Assembly: GCA_963849895.1 (NCBI GenBank)
Contig: CAWKIU010000003.1
Coordinates: forward strand, 206,114-270,113
Source: an uncultured Alphaproteobacteria bacterium
GTDB lineage: Bacteria; Pseudomonadota; Alphaproteobacteria; Micropepsales; Micropepsaceae
Length of the DNA stretch: 64,000 nucleotides
Reading direction: 5' to 3'
Of the stretch, positions 57,862 to 64,000 are shown one piece after another (the first letter of the stretch is position 1; each line of letters starts with the position of its first letter). Position numbers and translations under genes: made by a program. The notes under the pieces were generated by a model, which was given only the letters and a program-made list of their open reading frames with translations, searched no databases and had not been told where the DNA came from.

Positions 57862-60005
57862 GTGTGTGCAGGCGGTGTCAAAATGTTGGCACTCGAGTTC
57901 GGGTCGGGCGTTGGGCTGCTGGTCCTGGCGGCGGCCATCCTGTCGCCCCACTGGTTGCCACCCCTCCGGGACGAAGTGCGCAGGGTAGCCGACGATACAA
58001 GGCGGAGCTGGGACGCATTTTGGGCGTCGGTGCCGGGCAGGTGGGCAAAAGCGAAGGCCCGTTGGTACGCGACAAAAGGCAAGCGGCGAACCGCGGCCAT
58101 ACTCGCGTTCCTCTGTGTTCTGGGCGGGGGGTGGCTGCTTTGGGTGAGCCGCTCCGCAGTGGCCATAGACGATACGTCACTCAGCTTTCGGCTGCTCTTT
58201 TTTGGCATAGGCTTGGGCACGATTCTGACCGGAATAGGTACTGCCTTTTACGCCGCCCAGATTATTTCTCTGGTATTGAATGGGTTTCCAGGGCCACGAC
58301 GCCCACTGCCACCGTCCCTGCCCCTTGCCAATCCCATGAACCGCGTCGGCACGGCTTCCCCCCTTGGCGAGGCAAGATTTGCGACGGCGGAGGAAGTGGA
58401 TTCCGCATTGGCCGGGCGCGGCGGGCATTTTGTGCCACCGAAATTCAGGGACTAGGCAATGAGCGATATGGTCGGCCAGGAGCTTCGTTTTGTGTTTCCG
58501 GTCTTGGGCAGCCAAGAGCCGGATGCCATCCGCCTTGGACGTTTCGCGGACAGTGAGCGTCACGCGATCACGAGCCGCATGGGTTATGGCGGCGAGCGTA
58601 ATGTCATCATCTTCGGCCCCAACGGCTCCGGCAAAGGTGTGCGCCTTTTGGTGCCGAACCTTTTGCAAAGCCAAGGCCGCTCGATGTTCGTCGTCGATCC
58701 GAAGGGCGAACTCGCTGCTATCACCGCGCCCTACCGGCGTGAAGTCAGCGATGTCGTAATTATAAACCCGTTCGGCGTTTTTGCCGACCGGCGCGGCTAC
58801 GAGGATTTGAAAAGCACTGGCTACAATCCGCTCGCCAAATTGAATCCTTTGTCGCCCTCCTTCAACCGGCAAGCCGCGCAGCTTGCCGAAGCGTCGTGAC
58901 GGTGAGCGACAGAGACCCGCATTGGGACACTTCGGCGCGCGCACTGCTCGCGGCCATCATCATGTATGTCGTCATGGAAGCGCGGCAACTCCTCACGCCG
59001 GAAATTCAGGCAATGGCGGGAACAGGGGCGCACACGCTCTTTCAAAACAAAACAGTCCCGACTATGGCACGCGTACGGGAGCTTCTGTGTATGGCTTCCG
59101 AGAAACCAAGTGCCGCCAATGATTTCCGGGGCGTCGGTATCCCGGCGCTCGCTCTCGCCATGATGCAAACCAATATTGCGGGGCTTCGCAATAAGGCTTC
59201 GCAGTTCACAAATTGGACCAACGAAATTCAGTCGATTGCCTCGGCGGCCAAGCGCCACACCGAAGCGCTCGACGACGATGAAATCGCGGCGGACTTGTCT
59301 AAGAACGGCTTCCGCATGAGTGAGATGAAGAAAAGGCCCGTTACGGTCTATCTCGTACTTCCTCCGGACCTGATGGAGCGTCACTCGAAGTGGCTGCGCC
59401 TGGTGATTACGGCGGCGCTGCAATCGGTCATGCGACCCCGCGAACCGGGCGAGCCGAAAATGCTCTTCGTGCTCGACGAGTTCGCCGCTCTCGGGCACAT
59501 GGAAATAATCGAGACGGTCTGGGCGCTGGTGCGGGGCTACGGCATTCAGATTCTGCCGGTATTCCAAGACCTCAACCAGCTTCAGGGTATCTATAAGGAG
59601 CGCTCGCAAACCTTCATCGCCCAGGCGGGGGTTGTGACCTCTTTTGCACCCAACGATCTTACCACGGCGAAGTGGATTTCCGACCGCGCCGCGGACACAG
59701 AGCGGATTATCACAAGCGATAGCTTCAGTATCAGTTCCGGAACAAGCAGCGGTTCATCATTCGGGGGGCCATCAGGCCGCACGAGTTCCTCGGGGTCAAA
59801 TTCGGGTTGGTCGAGCTCGACATCGAACCAACCGACGAAAGTGCCCTTCATTCAACCGCACAGTCTGTTCGGGATGCACGAGGGAGCAACGCTAAGCTTT
59901 ATCGCCGGGCTTTCGGACATCGTGCCGGGTTATGCGCCGCCCTATTGGGACATAGATCAGTGCGTAGTCCGTGCGCGTGAAAATCCGTATTATCAGGCAG
60001 CGTGA
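57862..60005 (+). pseudogene. TraG/VirD4-family type IV coupling protein, interrupted by an in-frame TAG (58453-58455) and a frameshift near 58896
   Basis: TM N-terminus. GEARFATAEEV, then stop, then ...NVIIFGPNGSGKGVRLLVPNLLQSQGRSMFVVDPKGE (Walker A), frame change, DPHWDTSARALL...VLDEFAALGH (Walker B). Confidence 0.8.
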
Positions 60006-60145
60006 AATAATTGTCGGCGTTCGGATTGGGTTGATCGCCCGGGCCTCCAAGGGGGATATTCCTTGCAAACCAATACATAGGACGCATACGGACGAATATT
60101 CTATTAGTTGCGCCTGTTGCCGGATATTCTGCCGGCAGAGGCACA

Positions 60146-60505
60146 ATGACGGACACCATATTTGTTGAAGGACAGATTATCGAGGGACGCATTACAGGCA
60201 ACTTGCGCCGCAAGTTGCTCATGGATGCGTATTTTACGTTTGCCGATTTTCTCGTGACAAGGATTGCGACGTTGCCGCGCGAAACCGAGATTCCCATACA
60301 GATCGCGTTTCTCGATAGCCAAAGCGACATCATCAATCCGCCCCGAAATTCCATCGTGCGCGCAACCGTCGACACCAGCCCCTTCGCGAAAGCTCCATTC
60401 TCGGCGACGACCGACACTTTGATGCTGACAGACATCGAATTTGTGGAACGCGGGACTGGCCGGGTCATCAGCCGCATTCCATCCGCGTTGAAGTTTAAGG
60501 ACTAA
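60146..60505 (+). CDS. hypothetical protein
   Basis: 119-aa ORF followed by a strong hairpin. No recognisable motif. Confidence 0.45.
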   Translation: MTDTIFVEGQIIEGRITGNLRRKLLMDAYFTFADFLVTRIATLPRETEIPIQIAFLDSQSDIINPPRNSIVRATVDTSPFAKAPFSATTDTLMLTDIEFVERGTGRVISRIPSALKFKD

Positions 60506-60507
60506 CG

Positions 60508-60533
60508 AGCCGGAGCGGCGAACCGCTCCGGCT
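60508..60533. terminator. 11-bp GC-rich hairpin between convergent ORFs
   Basis: AGCCGGAGCGG-cgaa-CCGCTCCGGCT. No U-tract on either side. Confidence 0.4.
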
Positions 60534-60542
60534 AGGGCTCGC

Positions 60543-60674
60543 TCAAAAGACGCCATAAAGGTCGTGCAGGACTTCAACCAGGATCGCTGCTATCGCGCCC
60601 ATAAGTGCAGCGAAACCATAAACGCGCCAAAGGAACGGCCAGCGTTCCGACTTGAAGATGGACTTAGAATTCAT
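60543..60674 (-). CDS. possible 43-aa membrane peptide
   Basis: MNSKSIFKSERWPFLWRVYGFAALMGAIAAILVEVLHDLYGVF has one hydrophobic helix. Below the ORF-track length cut-off; only compositional support. Confidence 0.3.
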   Translation of the reverse strand: MNSKSIFKSERWPFLWRVYGFAALMGAIAAILVEVLHDLYGVF

Positions 60675-60764
60675 GGCAACCTCATACGAAAGTAGAATTG
60701 ATTCGAGAAGAGAGAAGTTCTCCCCGCCTTGCGGCGGGGAGAATGGCGTACGGCCGTATGCGGC

Positions 60765-60983
60765 TCACTTACCGTCATCGCCTTTTACCGGCTTCGGTTC
60801 GCGAAGGACGATCTCCCCTTCGGGGAGCGGACGGGCCTTGAACTGAAGATTGAAGCCCTTGCCGTCCTTGTGCTGCCACGCTGCGCCGATCTCGCACCAG
60901 ACGGATTTCTCGCCGTCCTTGGTGACGCTGAAGATGCGATAGGCGGGAAGTTTCTTTTCTTCGGTTTTGGTCGTCTTCTTCAT
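60765..60983 (-). CDS. DUF736-domain protein
   Basis: 72 aa from MKKTTKTEEKKLPAYRIFSVTKDGEKSVWCEIGAAWQHKDGKGFNLQFKARPL. This family is common on alphaproteobacterial ICEs and plasmids. Confidence 0.7.
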   Translation of the reverse strand: MKKTTKTEEKKLPAYRIFSVTKDGEKSVWCEIGAAWQHKDGKGFNLQFKARPLPEGEIVLREPKPVKGDDGK

Positions 60984-61317
60984 GTGATGTTCCTTTCGGT
61001 TTTGAAGCCGCGTCAATCGCGGCCTCGATGCGGTTCGTCCGCACGGGCGATCAAGCGGCGCTGTCAAAAGGCCGAAGGCCCTTGCCGTAATGGGTGCGGG
61101 GCCCCTGTTCGGTTTTGATGGCGGCGCGCGCGCGTGCAGAACCACGCATCTTTCGGAGGCCGTTTGCGAGGCTCGTTCTTACCGAAGGGAACATGAGCGA
61201 CGAAACCGGGAGCTTCCCCCTCCGCATCAGGAACGGAAAAGGCAGGCAAAATCCAAAAAGCGGATTGGCTCTTGTCGGGGAGGCAGTAAGGCGCAAGAAA
61301 TCCGGAAGGAGGTTCCG

Positions 61318-61775
61318 ATGAGCGAGGAACGGGTCAAGGAGATACTTGCAGCGGTGAAGCCACTGGCCGTGGAATTCTACCGGCTGACGAAGAAGCCGCT
61401 CGGCGTCACGGGCGAGATCGCGGAGTATGTGGCCGCCGAAAAGCTTGGACTCAAGCTCGTCGAGGCGCGCATGCAGGGGTATGACGCGCTGCGCGGCGAC
61501 GAGCGGATTCAGATCAAGGGCCGGGCATTTAGTAAGACCGCGAAAAAGAGCCAGCGGATTTCGCGCATCAAGTTAGACGCGCCCTGCGATACGGTGCTCT
61601 CGTGCTTCTCGACAATGAAACGCTCGATCCGACCGAAATGTGGGAAGCACCGTACAAATCCGTCTGCGAATGTCTGTCCCGTCCGGGATCGAAGGCAAGG
61701 GCGCGGGGTGCACTTGGCGTACCGGCATTCAAGGCGCTCCCGGACGCTCGCCGCGTATGGCCACCAAACGCCTGA
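61318..61775 (+). pseudogene. small PD-(D/E)xK-like protein, frameshifted near 61590
   Basis: RBS GGAAGGAGG. MSEERVKE...GYDALRGDERIQIKGRAF (D...QxK-type motif). Sense continues in another frame as ALVLLDNETLDPTEMWEAPYKSVCECLSRPGSKARARGALGV, ending at 61775. Confidence 0.5.
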
Positions 61776-61825
61776 TTGAAGAAATCAGAAATGCGGGCTG
61801 CGCCGTGGCGCAGCCCGCGATTTTC

Positions 61826-62728
61826 TCATGCGGCCTCCGCTAATACTTTCGGCTGCAAGCTCGTAAGAAAATCCACGGCGCGCTGTGCATGTGCTGCCGC
61901 CGTGAATATGGCCCGGTTATCGTCTTTGAGAACCTTGATCCACGATGCGATATATTCGGCATGATCGTCGCGCGGTTCCATCGTCAAAGCCAAGTCAGCA
62001 CTTAGGAAGGCAGAGCCCATTTCGGCGACAAGCTCCTCGGCGGCATAACCGGCGTCTCCCCAGCGCTTACGGCCAAACTCGCGGTTGAGCCGCTTTTCAT
62101 GGCGCGTCCAGTGGGTGAGCTCATGCAGGATCGTCGCATAATAGCTTTCAGGATCGCGGAAGCATTCAAAGGGCGGCATCTGAACATGATCGCCTGTCAC
62201 AGAGTAATAAGCCCGGTTGCCTCCGGTGGAGATGGTCGCGCCGGTATTGGTCACGAAGCTTTCAGCGCGGGCGATGCGGCCAGGAACTTCTAGCGGCGGC
62301 TTTGCTGGCGCGTAAAACTGTTCCGGCAATCCATCGATCTGCTCGCAATTGAAAACGGTGTAGGCTTTGAGAAACGGAATCCGCTGCTCGATTTCCTCGC
62401 CGCTGCTCTTGGTATCGGTGCGCTTAATGGCGTCGGCATAGACAACGGGCGATCCGTGCTCGCCTTTCTTGACGTTGCCGCCGCGCTCGGCTGCTTGCTT
62501 ATAGGTCATCCATATCGGGCAAGCGTAACCTTTCGTCGCTTTATCCGTCCAAAGTGTCAGGACGTTGATGCCCTTGTACGCTTCGCCGCTTGCGCGTAAC
62601 GGGCGCGTGATCTTCCCGGCTGCATGTTCTGCGTTCCAAGGCTGGGTCCAAGGCCTGACGCCTTGCTCAAGCGATGCAATGATCTTGCTGGTGATGCGGG
62701 AATAAATATCGGCTTTCGTGCTGGTCAT
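61826..62728 (-). CDS. ardC: ArdC-like antirestriction protein (ssDNA-binding N-domain + HExxH metalloprotease domain)
   Basis: Start at MTSTKADIYSRITSKIIASLEQGVRPWTQPW (RBS AAGGGGAG). HELTHWTRH zinc motif. The 79 extra residues in the ORF track run through the non-coding repeat. Confidence 0.85.
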   Translation of the reverse strand: MTSTKADIYSRITSKIIASLEQGVRPWTQPWNAEHAAGKITRPLRASGEAYKGINVLTLWTDKATKGYACPIWMTYKQAAERGGNVKKGEHGSPVVYADAIKRTDTKSSGEEIEQRIPFLKAYTVFNCEQIDGLPEQFYAPAKPPLEVPGRIARAESFVTNTGATISTGGNRAYYSVTGDHVQMPPFECFRDPESYYATILHELTHWTRHEKRLNREFGRKRWGDAGYAAEELVAEMGSAFLSADLALTMEPRDDHAEYIASWIKVLKDDNRAIFTAAAHAQRAVDFLTSLQPKVLAEAA

Positions 62729-62764
62729 GTTGCTCCCCTTGGGGCTGAGGTTTGCGCAGCAAGT

Positions 62765-62926
62765 GCGCGTGAACCTCTGCCCGTCGGCGAGACCGGGGGT
62801 AGCAAGGGGAAGGGCGAGAAACCCGAGGGGGATCACCCGTTCTGGCAGGAGCGCAGCGACGAAGAACGGGGATACGGGTTTGGAGGCTTGCAAACCCTTC
62901 CGCGCGCGTGGGGCAGAGCCCCTAGC
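62765..62926 (+). repeat. about 160-nt conserved non-coding module, copy B (immediately upstream of ardC on the minus strand)
   Basis: See copy A. Conserved hairpin CCCGTTCT/AGAACGGG at 62836-62870, plus a copy-specific 7-bp hairpin GGGTTTG/CAAACCC. Confidence 0.7.
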
Positions 62927-63242
62927 TCTCTTTTCGCGAGGGATCGTTACCATTGGCCAGGACACCCCGTGGCCTGGGCCGCGCAGCGGCTAGAGCCCGG
63001 CCTGCCAATGGGACATGGCGGGCGCGCCAGAACAATTCAACTCGTAACTCTCAAGTCTCCATCTTCCGATCAGCAAAGAGCGTCCTTCATTCGGCCAACT
63101 TAAGGCAAGCGTCGCCACATATGGCGCAAGTGCAAGCACTCGTCCTCTTCGTTTCCGTCGCAAGCGATGCGTCTCGTCTCCGTTGTCAAAGGGCCTCTGC
63201 AGAAGGCCGCGCTGTTCGCGGTCAAAGCTGATGGAGACCAAG

Positions 63243-63422
63243 ATGAGAGTTATTTCGCTGAATGAATTACTGACGCTGACACGCAGCCAACTGTTCGCTC
63301 TGCATACGCAGATGCTTGCCGTTCTCGCGGATCAGCCTGAAGGCTCTGCCGAGCATGAGTTCATCCTCGGCACTCTTCGCAACGTCCGCGCTGCACTGGC
63401 GAAAAAGCCGCCGTCCCCGTGA
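63243..63422 (+). CDS. small hypothetical protein
   Basis: 59 aa from MRVISLNELLTLTRSQLFAL, RBS GGAGA. No motif recognised. Confidence 0.4.
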   Translation: MRVISLNELLTLTRSQLFALHTQMLAVLADQPEGSAEHEFILGTLRNVRAALAKKPPSP

Positions 63423-63505
63423 GTCCTACGCCGATGCTTCGGATCGCATCCGAAGCATTTCGTTTAGCGTAGTTATGGGCAGAACTTGGGCAACACACAG
63501 GTCAA

Positions 63506-64000
63506 CTATTCCGGATCATCGGCCAGCTTATATCCCTTTTTAGTGAGATAATATTTAAGGATGTAGGCTGACGAAACGGTATAATTAGCGTCTTTTGCAT
63601 CGAGATTTTGAAACCTAGCATCGATCTCGTTCACAAGTTCATCTCGATCTTTGTGAGTAATGATAAGGCGGCTCATATGGCCTTGCCTGTCCGGCGTTTC
63701 GCGAATTAGTGTTGAAAAAACAAGCACGGCCATTGTTAGCAAGTTCTTGTCGAGATAATCCATCTGCGCGCGAAGCTTTGGTAGTTCGGTTGCTGCCCTA
63801 CCGTAATCAACGCCGGGTTTCGGTCCCTCCAAAAACACCTGACAAATCTTTTCAATTTTGGAGTAAAGCTCTCCCTTTTTGACGTAGTAGTTGAGCAATA
63901 GGTTGGGTGTATCCTTCGACGTTCCGGTCAACTTGAAAGTAGCGATCATGTTTGCATCGCCGCTGAATTCCAGTTGTTGAAGCGTAGAATTGTGAATGCA
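63506..64000 (-). CDS. hypothetical protein, low-GC, possibly 5'-truncated by the window edge
   Basis: Frame stays open from 63506 to nt 64000 (first ATG at 63949). Lys/Tyr/Leu-rich, visibly AT-rich compared with its flanks. Confidence 0.5.
   Translation of the reverse strand, partial: CIHNSTLQQLEFSGDANMIATFKLTGTSKDTPNLLLNYYVKKGELYSKIEKICQVFLEGPKPGVDYGRAATELPKLRAQMDYLDKNLLTMAVLVFSTLIRETPDRQGHMSRLIITHKDRDELVNEIDARFQNLDAKDANYTVSSAYILKYYLTKKGYKLADDPE

Larger units (their letters stand above)
48346..64000. mobile_element. integrated mobilizable genomic island (defence cargo + MobC/relaxase/T4CP/ArdC); right end beyond the window
   Basis: Starts at the tRNA-Leu fragment. GC drops visibly across 48.35-55.3 kb and again at 63.5-64 kb. 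Contains mobC, a MOBQ-like relaxase, TraG/VirD4, DUF736 and ardC. No integrase seen inside the window. Confidence 0.7.

Noticed and set aside
62729-62965. 79-residue N-terminal extension of ardC in the ORF track
   Set aside because: The extension reads through the duplicated non-coding module. A good RBS and the conserved ArdC N-terminus begin at 62728.

Overview
High-GC (about 60-65% by eye) alphaproteobacterial chromosome, Hyphomicrobiales-like in gene content and order. Nt 1-41,633 is core genome: an M23 peptidase-ctpA-yibQ-rppH block, a flagellar locus (AMIN/TPR giant, motE-like, fliM, fliL / flgFGAH), dksA, initiator tRNA-Met, a cell-envelope region (1136-aa GH18-like + CE4 deacetylase + GT2 synthase fusion, two coupled polytopic membrane proteins, cfa, GT2-GtrA fusion + ArnT-like GT), lpd, an RquA-like protein, pckA, an orphan araA, a DUF2946 + heavy-metal RND efflux operon, and an xdhC-mocA-iorAB-type molybdoenzyme operon whose large subunit is frameshifted. 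Nt 41,634-44,718 is a small degraded islet next to a tRNA-Met(CAT) gene. It holds a group II intron with an intact RT/maturase and a recombinase remnant. After 3.5 kb of core (SIMPL protein, M3 oligoendopeptidase, thioredoxin-like protein), a 3' fragment of tRNA-Leu(UAA) at 48,284-48,345 marks the left end of a lower-GC integrated mobilizable island that runs past the window end. Most island genes are broken: two DNA methyltransferases, a restriction-enzyme-like gene, the relaxase, the coupling protein and a PD-(D/E)xK-like gene. The first cargo operon is intact: a DGQHR (DndB-like, ParB-fold) protein translationally coupled to a standalone GIY-YIG nuclease (49,014-50,479). This is my best candidate for an undescribed defence-type system. 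No CRISPR array or rRNA was seen. All calls rest on reading the supplied translations and sequence by eye; no searches were run.
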